64,000 bases of DNA from Terriglobia bacterium (GCA_965206645.1 CBDBKE010000003.1:704001-768000); one strand, 5' to 3'. Shown: positions 32,425 to 42,829, counted from the stretch's first letter. Made by a program: numbers and translations. The notes: a model not told the origin generated them from the sequence alone.

Positions 32425-33240
32425 ATGCCCAGGGCCCTCTTCCAGGTGCAGCGCATGCGCGGCGGAGCCCAATCGCACCTGATTTTCTGTGAAGATGGCA
32501 GCTTCTATGTCGTGAAGTTTCAAAACAACCCCCAGCATGTCCGTGTTTTGGCCAATGAAATGCTGGCTACTTCGCTGGCAAACTTTCTTGGGCTACCGGT
32601 CCCCGAGTTTGCCGAGGTAGAGGTGTCAGCGGAGCCGTTGGAGCGCGCTCCAGAGCTGAGTTTCCAGGCTGTCCAGGGACGTGTGGGTTGCGCCGCCGGC
32701 CGGCACTTCGGCTCGAAGTTGCGGGTCAATCCCTCGCGCGAACCACTCTACGATTTTGTCCCGGACCAGACGCTGGCGCTGTTAGCGAATCGACAGGCCT
32801 TCGCCGGCATGTTGGCCTTTGACCAGTGGACGTGCAATGCCGACGCACGCCAGGCAGTGTTCTGTCGAGCCCCGGATTCGGAGGGTCGTTACCGGGCTCT
32901 GATGGTCGATCAGGGCTTTTGCTTCAACAATGGCGAGTGGAATTTCCCCGACTCGCCTCTCCGCGGGCTGTATCCGCGGTTGGTCGTTTATGAGGGCGTG
33001 ACGGGCTGGGACAGCTTTGATCCCTGGTTGACGTTGTTGCGCGAGATGGACTGGCGCGTGGCGGAAGAGTTTGCCGGCCGGGTTCCGCCCGCCTGGTACG
33101 ACGCAGAGGACGCGGCCTTACAGCAGTTGGTGGAAGCTCTGGACCGTCGTCGGCGCCGCCTTCCTGAACTCCTGGAGGCCGTGCGGCGGAGCCCGAAGAA
33201 TCCGTTCCCCAACTGGCGATTGCAACTGGCCACCAGATAA
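32425..33240 (+). CDS. HipA-like (PI3/4-kinase-like fold) kinase
   Basis: GGAQSHL Gly loop, YVVKF, LANE, LGLPVP, FDQWTCNADAR catalytic loop, MVDQGFCF. Confidence 0.88.
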   Translation: MPRALFQVQRMRGGAQSHLIFCEDGSFYVVKFQNNPQHVRVLANEMLATSLANFLGLPVPEFAEVEVSAEPLERAPELSFQAVQGRVGCAAGRHFGSKLRVNPSREPLYDFVPDQTLALLANRQAFAGMLAFDQWTCNADARQAVFCRAPDSEGRYRALMVDQGFCFNNGEWNFPDSPLRGLYPRLVVYEGVTGWDSFDPWLTLLREMDWRVAEEFAGRVPPAWYDAEDAALQQLVEALDRRRRRLPELLEAVRRSPKNPFPNWRLQLATR

Positions 33241-33276
33241 TGAGTAGCGGCCAACGGGTGCCGGACAACGGGCCGT

Positions 33277-33355
33277 GGATAACCTCCAGGGAATAGCTGG
33301 CCGGTGCATAGCCGCCATTGAATAGCCGCCGCTGAATAGCCACCGGTGGATAGCC
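33277..33355 (+). repeat. Array of six GnATAGCC-like cores at ~14-bp period
   Basis: Cores start at 33277, 33291, 33306, 33320, 33334 and 33348. Confidence 0.75.
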
Positions 33356-33420
33356 AGAAGCCTAGAAGCGCCGCGGGCAAACTACGGCGATAGTCAGGAA
33401 GCGCAACAGGGAGGTAGCAG

Positions 33421-34206
33421 ATGGAAACGTTTCGATTTCAGTTGCTGCGCTACGTGCCCGATCCAATCAAGAACGAATTCATCAACATCGGCGTGGTGCT
33501 GCTGGATGACCTCAGCCGCTCGCTGGGCGTCCACATGGCCACTGAGGCCGACCTGAGGCGCGTGCGCTGTGTCCATCCGGGCGCCGACCTGGAGTTGCTT
33601 CGTTCTTGGCAGGCCACCGTGGAAGACGAACTGGCTCGCCAGCCCGAGGCGGCGGGCGAGTGGCTGCGTTCCCTGGAGGAGGTGGCTTCCCACTCGCTTC
33701 GCTGGACCTCGCCGGCGGGTTGCCAGGGCCGGGACGCACCGGTCGCACTGCAGGAACTCTACGAGCGGTTCGTGGCCTCACCGCCGCGGGCCGCTGTGGG
33801 CGTCCGTCCTGGGACCGCTGCCTGGGTGAAGCGGGAGGCCGACAGCGTATTCCGCGCTGCGGGGTTGCTGGAGCATTTCCAAAGCGGGGTTTGGGCCCAG
33901 CGCTTCACCCATCCGGGTGACCCATTCCGCATTCACTACGCCTATAGCAACGGCGTGCCTCGCTACATCCACATGCTCTCTCTTGAGCATTCGATACAGC
34001 AGGCCAAGGTCCTGGCATTCACCTTCGAACGCATCCAGCGCAACGGGCAGGGGGCTCTGACCGCGGTGGTGGAGCCGGAACCCCGGCCCATCCCGACGGT
34101 CCAGTTCACGCGCCAGTTGCTGGAACAGAGCGGCATTGAAGTCGTTTCACTGAACCGCATCCAAGCCTTGGTGCGGAGGGCGCGGGAGGAACTCCGCCTC
34201 GTTTAG
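33421..34206 (+). CDS. DUF3037 domain protein
   Basis: FQLLRYVPDPIKNEFINIGVVL N-terminus, LYERFV. RBS GGAGG. Downstream of a HipA-like kinase as is typical for DUF3037. Confidence 0.85.
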   Translation: METFRFQLLRYVPDPIKNEFINIGVVLLDDLSRSLGVHMATEADLRRVRCVHPGADLELLRSWQATVEDELARQPEAAGEWLRSLEEVASHSLRWTSPAGCQGRDAPVALQELYERFVASPPRAAVGVRPGTAAWVKREADSVFRAAGLLEHFQSGVWAQRFTHPGDPFRIHYAYSNGVPRYIHMLSLEHSIQQAKVLAFTFERIQRNGQGALTAVVEPEPRPIPTVQFTRQLLEQSGIEVVSLNRIQALVRRAREELRLV

Positions 34207-34335
34207 CGATCGCGTTAATCAAGCTTCTGCGTTTCTATCTGCGAAATCTGTGTAATCTGCGGATTGATTCCTGTCTGGATTTAAGAAACACTGATCAACT
34301 CGCGGATTTCTGCTTAGGACCGAGGAGGTCCCCTA

Positions 34336-35298
34336 GTGGGTGAGGTTATTCTGCCGGCGGCAGTGCGCGTGCCGGGCTCCAGCGCCAACCTGGGGCCGGG
34401 CTTCGACGTGCTGGGCCTGGCACTGGAAATCTACCTGGAGGCGCGAGTCGAGCGGTCGACCCCCGGCAAAACCCCGGTGCGGCTCACCGGTCCCCACATC
34501 GAAAGAATCTCCACCGACGATTCCAACCTGGTGCTGACCGCTTTTCGCACTGCCTTCCAGCGCGCGGACAAGCAGGCCCCCCCCGTCAGCCTGGAGCTGC
34601 GCAACGGGATTCCTCTGGCGCGGGGATTAGGCTCCAGCGGCGCCGCTGCCGTGGCAGGAGCCACGCTTGCCAACCACTGCGGCCGCCTGGGGTTGTCCCG
34701 AATCGACATGGTGGCGCTGGCCGCTGAACTGGAAGCTGGCCATGCGGACAACGTGGCCGCCTCCTGCCTGGGTGGTTTGGCGGTGGCCTGCCGGGGTGGC
34801 AGCGCGGAGGGCGGCGCCGCGGGGGGAATTCAAGTTCTGGCCTTGCCCTGGCCGCAGGAGATCGTACCGGTGCTGGCGATTCCGCAGTTACACCTCGAAA
34901 CCCAGGAGGCGCGCAGCGCGCTGCCGAACTCCTACAGCCGCGCCGACGCCGTGTTCAACCTGCAGCGGGTAGCGCTACTGGTGGGGGCGCTGGTTTCCGG
35001 GCGCGGGCGTGAGCTGGCCGACGACTCGGAACTGTTCGCCGCCGCGCTCGCCGACCGCCTGCACCAGCCCTACCGCGCCCCTCTGGTACCGGGACTTCGC
35101 GAAGCGCTCGGGCTCCGTGTCCCTGGCCTGCTCGGCGTGGCCCTGAGCGGGGCAGGCCCTTCGCTGATTGCCTTCGTCCGAGGCGCGTCCCAGCCCACCG
35201 TGGCCGCCCTGGAGCAGCTTTACCGCGACCTTCGGCTCGCAGCCGAGGTGCGGCCGGTGAAGGTAGACACCGAGGGCGCCAGAATGATTAACGATTAA
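34336..35298 (+). CDS. thrB: Homoserine kinase
   Basis: VPGSSANLGPGFD, IPLARGLGSS, HADNVA, DRLHQPYR, LSGAGPS. Confidence 0.96.
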   Translation: MGEVILPAAVRVPGSSANLGPGFDVLGLALEIYLEARVERSTPGKTPVRLTGPHIERISTDDSNLVLTAFRTAFQRADKQAPPVSLELRNGIPLARGLGSSGAAAVAGATLANHCGRLGLSRIDMVALAAELEAGHADNVAASCLGGLAVACRGGSAEGGAAGGIQVLALPWPQEIVPVLAIPQLHLETQEARSALPNSYSRADAVFNLQRVALLVGALVSGRGRELADDSELFAAALADRLHQPYRAPLVPGLREALGLRVPGLLGVALSGAGPSLIAFVRGASQPTVAALEQLYRDLRLAAEVRPVKVDTEGARMIND

Positions 35299-35402
35299 CC
35301 CATTGACGATTGGATCATGCGCCTGCAAGCTCCGGCTTCCGAGGAATCAATCGACAATCATTCAATCCTCAACGTGTCCATTCTGTGGTTTCATAAGGCT
35401 GA

Positions 35403-36713
35403 ATGAACGGCTATTTCCGCTGCGTGCAGGAGAGGTGCGGCGCCGATTTTTCCCTGAGCGAAAACATCCACACCTGCCCACGCTGCGGCGGCCTGTTGGA
35501 CGTGCTGTTCGAATTTGACCGGGACGCCGCGCGCCAGTGGCCGGAGTTGTGGCAGCAGCGCCGGGCCTCGCTCCACAACCTGGACGCCAGCGGCATCTGG
35601 CGCTTCCGCGAACTGATCCCCTTCCTGGACGACTACGGCGCGGTGGCCACGCTCGGAGAGGGGAACACGCCGCTGCTGGAGTCGCCCAGAGCAGCGCGCT
35701 TTGCCGGGGCGGAGAACCTTCGCTTCAAGCACCAGGGCTTCAACCCTACAGGCTCGTTCAAGGACAACGGGATGACCTGCGGGGTCGCCCGGGCGCGGGC
35801 GCTGGGCATGAGCCTGGTGGGCTGCGTTTCGACCGGCAACACCTCGGCTTCCATGGCCGCCTATGCGTCCCATGGGGGACTGCGTCCGGTGGTCTTCGTT
35901 CCTCACGGCAGGATCGCGATGGGCAAACTGGCCCAGGCGCTGGAGTATGGCGCCGTCACCTTTCAGGTAGAGGCTAACTTCGACGGGATCCTGCGACTCA
36001 TTTTGCAGATAGCCGACCAGGTGGGCCTCTACCTGCTCAACTCAGTGAACCCGTTTCGTCTGGAGGGCCAGAAGCTCATCATGGTTGAGCTGCTGGAGCA
36101 GTGCGGGTGGAAAGAGCCCGATTGGATCGTGCTGCCCGGCGGCAACCTGGGCAACGTCTCTGCTTTCGGCAAGGGGCTGCGGGAACTGTTGGACCTGGGT
36201 TTGATTCGCAGGCTGCCGCGGCTGGCGGTGGTGCAGGCCGAAGGGGCTGCCCCGCTGTATCGCATGCTTTCGGCAGGCGCGGAGCAACTCCAGCCGCTGG
36301 AGCACCCACGGTCGCTGGCCACCGCCATCCAGATCGGCGCGCCGGTCTCCTGGCCCAAGGCCGTCCGCGAATTACGGGCATCGGCAGGGGTTTGCGAAAT
36401 CGTCAGCGAGCAGGAGATCGCCGATGCCAAGGCGGCCATCGGCCGCGCCGGGATCGGCTGCGAGCCCGCCTCGGCCGCCAGCCTGGCCGGCGTCAAGAAA
36501 CTGATTGCCTGCGGAAAAATCTCTTCCCACGAGGACGTGGTGGCCGTGCTGACCGGCCACCTGCTGAAAGACCCCGACTACATCTTGCGCTACCACGCCG
36601 GGGAATTGGAGTGCGCCGGGCAGCTCCTGGAGAGTCGTTTCGCCAATCGCCTCCGACAGGTCCCTGCCGACAGCGCCGAGCTAGAACGCGCCATCCTCTC
36701 TATAGGGTCTTAG
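35403..36713 (+). CDS. thrC: Threonine synthase
   Basis: N-terminal Zn-ribbon, LGEGNTPL, NPTGSFKD, STGNTSAS, NSVNPFRLEGQK, PGGNLGN, EPASA, LTGHLLKD. Confidence 0.95.
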   Translation: MNGYFRCVQERCGADFSLSENIHTCPRCGGLLDVLFEFDRDAARQWPELWQQRRASLHNLDASGIWRFRELIPFLDDYGAVATLGEGNTPLLESPRAARFAGAENLRFKHQGFNPTGSFKDNGMTCGVARARALGMSLVGCVSTGNTSASMAAYASHGGLRPVVFVPHGRIAMGKLAQALEYGAVTFQVEANFDGILRLILQIADQVGLYLLNSVNPFRLEGQKLIMVELLEQCGWKEPDWIVLPGGNLGNVSAFGKGLRELLDLGLIRRLPRLAVVQAEGAAPLYRMLSAGAEQLQPLEHPRSLATAIQIGAPVSWPKAVRELRASAGVCEIVSEQEIADAKAAIGRAGIGCEPASAASLAGVKKLIACGKISSHEDVVAVLTGHLLKDPDYILRYHAGELECAGQLLESRFANRLRQVPADSAELERAILSIGS

Positions 36714-36917
36714 AACTCAGAAGCAGACGCAAATCTGTGCAGTCGGGAGTTGGTCGGTGCCGACCAAAAGAAAGTCCCGTGACTTCTGCTTCCGTCAGTA
36801 AAACATTCTGCTTGTATTCTGTTTGACTCCGTTCCATCCTAAGCGTGGGCCTAAGCGAGGAACGGAAGGCCCAAGGATGGGCACCAGCAGCCATCTCCGG
36901 AGCGTTTCATAACTGAG

Positions 36918-37943
36918 ATGGCAATCCTGACTGTATCTCGACAGTTTGGCAGCCGCGGGGATGACATTGCCCGGGAGCTGGCGCGGCGCAACGGATTCCG
37001 GCTCCTCACCCGAGAAATTGTCGAGCAGCAGATGCGCGAGCTGTGCGGCGTGGAACCGCCAGCCCAAGCCACCGAAAGTGAAGAACCGGACGCCAACGGG
37101 AGTCCTAATGGACGTCCGGCCGCAGAACTGAACCTCTACGCCGACCTGGTGACCACCGTGGTGGCGGACCTGGCAACGGTTGAGGATTTTGTATTGGTGG
37201 AACTGGGCGGCCAGTGCCTGTTCCACGAGGCGTCCTGCGCGGCGCACCTGCGCGTGGTGGCGCCGCGCTCCTGGCGCGCTGCGACGGTGGCCGCCGAGCT
37301 GGCACTGGCTCCGCCCGCCGCTGCGCAACTGGTGGCCCGCCAGGACGCCGCCCAGGCGCGGTACCTTCGGACGGTTTTCAGGCGCAGCGCGGAGCGCTCC
37401 GATCTCTACCATCTGGTCCTGAACACCGCGGCGCTGGATCAGGATCACGCCATGGACCTGGCGATGTCCGCCGTGGATTCCATCCGGTTGCGCAGCGCGG
37501 GCCGGCTTTCGGCCGAGGCCGGCGAGCGCATGAAAGTGCAAAGCAAGATGCGCCTGGCCCGGCACGTTTCCGACCTGCCCGCCTCGGCGCTGCTCGAACA
37601 CGTCTCCTTTGCCCATCCCAGCGAGCGCGTCTTCGCCCGCCTGATGGACTTTTATCGCATCGAGTGGGAGTACGAGCCGCGCACGTTCCCCATCGAGTGG
37701 AACGAGCAGCGCGTCGCGGTCGAAGCCTTCACGCCCGACTTCCACCTGCCCGAACTGGGCTTGTACGTGGAATTGACCACCATGAAGCAATCCCTGGTCA
37801 CCCGCAAGAACCGCAAGGTCAAGCGGCTGCGTGAGTTCTACCCCGAGATCAACATCCGCGTCTTCTACCAGAAGGACGTCGAAGACTTGATCTTCAAGCT
37901 GGGAGCGCCGTATCGACGCGAAGAGTTGAGCGTAGGGAGTTGA
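36918..37943 (+). CDS. Cytidylate-kinase-like domain fused to a C-terminal PD-(D/E)xK-like domain
   Basis: N-terminal ILTVSRQFGSRG...YHLVLNT. C-terminal FAHPSE...WEYEPRTF...FTPDFHLPELGLYVELTT. Confidence 0.8.
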   Translation: MAILTVSRQFGSRGDDIARELARRNGFRLLTREIVEQQMRELCGVEPPAQATESEEPDANGSPNGRPAAELNLYADLVTTVVADLATVEDFVLVELGGQCLFHEASCAAHLRVVAPRSWRAATVAAELALAPPAAAQLVARQDAAQARYLRTVFRRSAERSDLYHLVLNTAALDQDHAMDLAMSAVDSIRLRSAGRLSAEAGERMKVQSKMRLARHVSDLPASALLEHVSFAHPSERVFARLMDFYRIEWEYEPRTFPIEWNEQRVAVEAFTPDFHLPELGLYVELTTMKQSLVTRKNRKVKRLREFYPEINIRVFYQKDVEDLIFKLGAPYRREELSVGS

Positions 37944-38020
37944 CAATCGCGTGGTGGCGCGTGCTGGGTGGTCTTGGCTTTTAACTTCTCACGCTTCATT
38001 CTAAACTGTCCACTCATCCC

Positions 38021-38557
38021 ATGCATCCGGACGTGGAACGCATCCTGTTTCCCGAAGAAGAAATTCGTCGGCGCGTGGCCGAGGTGGCCGGCGAAATCTC
38101 CGCCGACTATGGCGGCAAGGAGCTGACGCTGATCACCGTGCTTCGCGGGGCGCTGTTTTTTGGCGCCGACTTAAGCCGCGCCCTGCGGCCGCCTGTGCGC
38201 ATGGATTTCCTGGCTGTCTCTCCTTTTCCACGCGCCGCCGACTCGGGCGTGGTCCGGATTGTCAAGGACCTGGACGAAAGCATCTCTGGAGAAGACGTCC
38301 TGCTGGTGGAGGATATCGTGGACACCGGTCTGACCCTACGCTACCTGCTCAAGACCCTGGCGGCGCGCCAGCCCAACAGCCTGGCCGTCTGCACCCTGCT
38401 GGACAAGACGCCCCGACGGCTGGTCGAGGTGCCGGTGCGCTACCGTTGCTTCGAAATCCCCGACCGCTTCGTAGTAGGCTACGGGCTGGACTACCAGCAG
38501 CGCTATCGCAACCTGCCTTACGTGGGGGTGCTCAAGGCGGAAGTGTTCCGCGGCTGA
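38021..38557 (+). CDS. hpt: Hypoxanthine phosphoribosyltransferase
   Basis: VLRGALFF, VLLVEDIVDTGLTL, LLDK, FVVGYGLDY, YRNLPY. Confidence 0.95.
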   Translation: MHPDVERILFPEEEIRRRVAEVAGEISADYGGKELTLITVLRGALFFGADLSRALRPPVRMDFLAVSPFPRAADSGVVRIVKDLDESISGEDVLLVEDIVDTGLTLRYLLKTLAARQPNSLAVCTLLDKTPRRLVEVPVRYRCFEIPDRFVVGYGLDYQQRYRNLPYVGVLKAEVFRG

Positions 38558-38595
38558 GCGTTTTACGGCATTTTGGCTTGCGAGCGTAGCGCCGG

Positions 38596-39930
38596 TCAGA
38601 ATTTTGTGACTTCGGTGAAGTGGAAGTCGCGGACCTTCATCGGGGGCACCACCATCTCGAAAGACTCTTCGCCGGCCGCGCGCTCGGCAACCCCAAGCAC
38701 TTCCACATTGTTGAGCATCTCGACCAGGCTTTGGTTGAAGCGGAAGTTGAAGATACCGCGGCGCAGTTTCCCCTCTTCCACCAGGAAGGTGCCGTCCCGG
38801 GTCATGCCCGTCAGAATCTTCTGGTACGGGTCCACTTCGCGGATGTACCAGAGGCGGGTCACCAGAATGCCGCGCCCGGTCGAGGCGATCATGCTGTCCA
38901 GCGAGGCACTGCCGCCCGCGAACACGATGTTCATGGGAGCCTCGCCGACCTCGTTGGGAAGGGGAAACCCGTGCCCGGTGGACTCAGTATTCATGACGCG
39001 GGCGGTCTGCCGGGAATAGACCAGGTTGGCGGCCACGCCACGCTCCACCAGCACCACCGGCTTGCGGCACGTCCCTTCGCCATCAAACGGGGCGCCGGAT
39101 TGCAGCGGGTGGTGGACATCATCCACTACGGTGATGTTCTCACCAAACAGCTTGGTTCCCAGGCGGCCAGTCAAGAAGCTGCGCTTGTCATACACCGAGC
39201 GTCCGGCAAAGTCGTAGAACAGGAAGCCGACCAGGTCCAGCACGGCGGAAGGCTCCAGCAAGACAGTGTAACGGCCGGGAGGAATCTCTGCGGGATCAGC
39301 GCTGAGCGCGGCCTTGGTGGAGGCGCGCAGCGCCAGCTCCTCGACCGGGATGCCCCGCACGTCCGTCGCATTGGCCTTGGCCCAGCCTGAGCTGTTCTGG
39401 GCCAGCATGGTCACGGAGAACTCCGCGTCGGTTTCCCTGTGGTAGGCGAACAGGCCGCGGGAATTCAGCATGGCCAGCATATCGGTGCCGCTGGAGAGGA
39501 TTCCGGCCGCGGTCTGGCCGTGCTGCTGGGCCACCTGGACCGCCTGGCGGACGCCGGTGGCGCGCGCTTCCGGCGTCATGGCGGCAGTGGCCTCAAAATA
39601 GCGCTCCACACCGGGACAGTTCTCCGGGCCGGGCAGGGGCGGCAGCTCGGGGTCGGGTTGCTGCTGGCGGGCCACCGCAGCTGAAGCGGCCACCACCCGG
39701 CGGATGGAATCGTCGTCGAACTTGTTGGTGGTGGCACGCGCCGTCCGAGCGCCATAGACGGTGCGCACCGAAAGCACGTAGCCCTCTTCCGCTACGTTCT
39801 GGTGAATGCTGTTATTGGCAAAGCGGGTCAGTTCGTGGACGCCGCCCTCGATCAGCGCTTCGGTTTCGTCGGCGTCGCTGAACTTCCGGACCTTCTCGAA
39901 AATTTCTTGGCAGCGTTCAGGTTCTAGCAC
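38596..39930 (-). CDS. TldE/PmbA family protein
   Basis: TRFANNSIHQN, PGRYTVLLEP, PFDGEG, TGMTRDG; no HExxxH; paired with tldD. Confidence 0.9.
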   Translation of the reverse strand: MLEPERCQEIFEKVRKFSDADETEALIEGGVHELTRFANNSIHQNVAEEGYVLSVRTVYGARTARATTNKFDDDSIRRVVAASAAVARQQQPDPELPPLPGPENCPGVERYFEATAAMTPEARATGVRQAVQVAQQHGQTAAGILSSGTDMLAMLNSRGLFAYHRETDAEFSVTMLAQNSSGWAKANATDVRGIPVEELALRASTKAALSADPAEIPPGRYTVLLEPSAVLDLVGFLFYDFAGRSVYDKRSFLTGRLGTKLFGENITVVDDVHHPLQSGAPFDGEGTCRKPVVLVERGVAANLVYSRQTARVMNTESTGHGFPLPNEVGEAPMNIVFAGGSASLDSMIASTGRGILVTRLWYIREVDPYQKILTGMTRDGTFLVEEGKLRRGIFNFRFNQSLVEMLNNVEVLGVAERAAGEESFEMVVPPMKVRDFHFTEVTKF

Positions 39931-40084
39931 GAGCTTGGTCCTAATCTTTCGGAGTCAGAAGAACTGAATCGAAAAAAACCATCCGCAGATTTCGCAGAAC
40001 TAAGATCTTTGCATTCCGTGAAAACTCAGTGAGGCCACGAAAATTTGTGGATATGTTCGAAATCCGGAATCCCGAAATCCGCAC

Positions 40085-41542
40085 TCAGCCGGAATAGGCT
40101 ACGCCCACCTTCACGCCACGGAAGCGGGCCGGGGATGCGCCGTGGCCGGTCCCCATCGTCTGCGACGGCTGGCCTTTACCGCAGTTGGGGGTGCCCCACA
40201 ACACCCAGTGGTCGCGGTTGGCAATGGCGTCACAAGAGTTCCAGAACTCGGTGGTGATCCCACTGTAGCTGGGGTTCTTCACCATCCGGGTCTTCTTGCC
40301 GTTCTTGATTTCCCAGCCCACCTCGCAACCGAATTGGAAGTGGTAGCGCTTGTCATCAATGGACCAGCTCCGGTTGGTTTCCATGTAGATGCCGTCGTCG
40401 GTGGAGGCCACGAGGTCTTCCTGGCTGCAGTCTCCGGGCAGCAGGCTGACGTTGGTCATGCGGATCAGCGGGATGCGGTTCCAGCTCTCCGCCCGCATGG
40501 TTCCGTTGGAACGCGGCAAGCCGAGGGCCGGAGCCGTCTCCCGAGAGGTGAGGTAGCCTGTGAACTGCCCATTGCGAATGATGTCGGTCGATTGCGCAGG
40601 GACACCCTCGTCGTCGAACGCAAACGTGCCCAGCCCGGGGCCATGTTCCGGGCGGGCGTCGGCAACCACGTTGACGATTTCCGAGCCATACTGCAGGCGG
40701 CCAAGTTGGTCCAGCGTGAGGAAGCTGCCGCCGGCGAAATTCGCCTCGGTCCCCAGCACCCGGTCCAATTCGATGGGATGGCCGATGGATTCGTGGATTT
40801 GCAACGCCAGTTGTGAGCTATCCAGGACCAGGTCCCGCACGCCTTCCGGGCACTGGTGGGCGTGATGCAGAGCCACCGCTTCCTCGGCGATTCGTGGCGC
40901 ATTCTCCACCAGCCGCAGTTCTTCAATGAGGTCGTAGCCCCGGAGCTGGTACTGTCCGCCGAAGGAGCTGGGATAGGAGCGCTTCTGGATCTCGTTTCCG
41001 GAAAAGGCAAAGGCGGCGAATCCGCCGCCGGTCACATAGCGAGTCTGGTGAATCACCGAACCCAGCGTGCTCAGGAAGAGCTGCTCCTGGCGCCGGAAAT
41101 CCAGCGCAGCTTCTGCCAGCGTGACCCCGACCACGCGGCGCAGTTCCCTGTCCACTTCGAGCAGCAGGGCGATGTTCTCATCAATGCCGGTGGCAAACGG
41201 ATCCTTACCGACAGGGGACTCCCAGGCGGCCTCAATTTTTTCTTCGGGGGCCAACACCACATCGCGCTGCTTGACCAAGGCGGAAGCGTGTGCAATGGCC
41301 ACGGCCCTCGAGGCGGTCTCTTCGACCCTCGCCCGGGTGAGCGTGTCGGTGGAGGCAAACCCCCAGGCGCCTCCGGCCAGCACCCGGACGCCCAGCCCCA
41401 GCGTTTCGCTGACGGCGGCCTGGCCTACCTTGCCGTTCTTGGTAGAAACAAAGCGCTCTCGCGTCTCTACCACCCGGACGTCCGCATAGCTGGCACCCAA
41501 AACTTCGGCGCGGTTGAGCGCCCAAGAGCCCACGTCCCGCAT
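40085..41542 (-). CDS. tldD: TldD family metalloprotease
   Basis: GAWGFAST, IHESIGH, FDDEG, PLIRMTN, CGKGQP. Confidence 0.92.
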   Translation of the reverse strand: MRDVGSWALNRAEVLGASYADVRVVETRERFVSTKNGKVGQAAVSETLGLGVRVLAGGAWGFASTDTLTRARVEETASRAVAIAHASALVKQRDVVLAPEEKIEAAWESPVGKDPFATGIDENIALLLEVDRELRRVVGVTLAEAALDFRRQEQLFLSTLGSVIHQTRYVTGGGFAAFAFSGNEIQKRSYPSSFGGQYQLRGYDLIEELRLVENAPRIAEEAVALHHAHQCPEGVRDLVLDSSQLALQIHESIGHPIELDRVLGTEANFAGGSFLTLDQLGRLQYGSEIVNVVADARPEHGPGLGTFAFDDEGVPAQSTDIIRNGQFTGYLTSRETAPALGLPRSNGTMRAESWNRIPLIRMTNVSLLPGDCSQEDLVASTDDGIYMETNRSWSIDDKRYHFQFGCEVGWEIKNGKKTRMVKNPSYSGITTEFWNSCDAIANRDHWVLWGTPNCGKGQPSQTMGTGHGASPARFRGVKVGVAYSG

Positions 41543-41554
41543 TTCTATTTAGGA

Positions 41555-42829
41555 TCAGGTCCCTTCTGACCAGGAAGCCAAGTAAGCTTCCTGTTCTGGA
41601 GTTAAGCGGTCAATTTCCAAGCCCATGGACTCCAGCTTCAGCTGGGCCACGTTCTTGTCAATCGCCTCGGGCACCGGGTACACCTTGTTCTCCAGTTGCC
41701 CGGTGCTCTTCACCAGGTATTCGATCGACAAGGCCTGGTTGGCAAAGCTCATGTCCATCACTGCTGCCGGATGGCCCTCGGCCGCGGCCAGGTTAATCAG
41801 GCGGCCCTCGGCCAGCAGGTAGATCTTCCGGCCGTCGCGCATGGAATATTCGTCCACAAACTCGCGACCGCGGCGCTTGGCGGAGGCCATCTTTTCCAGC
41901 GCGGGAATGTCAATCTCGACGTTAAAGTGGCCGGAGTTGGCCAGTACCGCTCCGTTCTTCATAAGTTCAAAGTGTTCGCGGCTGATGACGTTCTTATTGC
42001 CGGTCACGGTGACGAAAATGTCGCCAATGCGGGCAGCTTCAGCCATGGACATGACGCGGTAGCCTTCCATGACCGCTTCCAGGGCCCGCGTGGCATCTAC
42101 CTCGGTGACAATAACCTCGGCGCCCAAGCCTCGCGAGCGTGAAGCCAGCCCGCGACCGCACCAGCCGTACCCGCCCACCACTATCTTGAGACCGGCCAGC
42201 AAAAGGTTGGTCGCCCGAAGGATGCCGTCAATGGTGGACTGGCCGGTTCCGTAGCGGTTGTCGAACAGGTGCTTGGTGTGGGCATCGTTCACCGAGACCA
42301 CCGGGTAGGGCAGCACACCTTCGCGGGCCATTGCGCGCAGCCGGATGACTCCGGTGGTGGTTTCCTCGGTCCCCCCGATGGCCTCGGCCAGAGCCTCGCG
42401 GCGCTTCGTCAGACCGGTGGTGATCAGGTCGGCCCCGTCGTCTACGGTGACCTGCGGCCGGTGGTCCAGGGCCGCATCGACATGCGAGTAGTAGGTTTTG
42501 TCGTCCTCACCCTTGATGGCGAATACCGGGATGCTGTAGTCGCGCACCAGCGCGGCCGCCACGTCGTCCTGGGTGCTGAGCGGGTTGGAGGCGCACAAGA
42601 CCACCTGGGCACCGCCGTCCCGCAGGGTAATCGCCAGATTGGCCGTCTCGGTGGTGATGTGGAGGCAGCCGGAAATCCGGATGCCCTGCAAAGGCTGGGC
42701 CTTGATGAACTGCTTGCGGATCAACTGGAGCACGGGCATGGATTGGTTGGCCCAGTCAATGCGCCGTCTGCCCGAGTCGGCCAGGCCAGGATCCTGAATA
42801 TCGCACGTCATCTTGGGAACAGTGGACAT
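41555..42829 (-). CDS. ahcY: Adenosylhomocysteinase
   Basis: [53 protein letters not shown]. Confidence 0.97.
   Translation of the reverse strand: MSTVPKMTCDIQDPGLADSGRRRIDWANQSMPVLQLIRKQFIKAQPLQGIRISGCLHITTETANLAITLRDGGAQVVLCASNPLSTQDDVAAALVRDYSIPVFAIKGEDDKTYYSHVDAALDHRPQVTVDDGADLITTGLTKRREALAEAIGGTEETTTGVIRLRAMAREGVLPYPVVSVNDAHTKHLFDNRYGTGQSTIDGILRATNLLLAGLKIVVGGYGWCGRGLASRSRGLGAEVIVTEVDATRALEAVMEGYRVMSMAEAARIGDIFVTVTGNKNVISREHFELMKNGAVLANSGHFNVEIDIPALEKMASAKRRGREFVDEYSMRDGRKIYLLAEGRLINLAAAEGHPAAVMDMSFANQALSIEYLVKSTGQLENKVYPVPEAIDKNVAQLKLESMGLEIDRLTPEQEAYLASWSEGT

Noticed and set aside
29453-33355. CRISPR array interpretation of the 27-bp or 14-bp repeats
   Set aside because: No unique spacers of CRISPR length and no cas genes
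34207-34335. Thr leader peptide or T-box upstream of thrB
   Set aside because: No Thr/Ile-rich short ORF or T-box consensus recognised; only nonamer repeats are present
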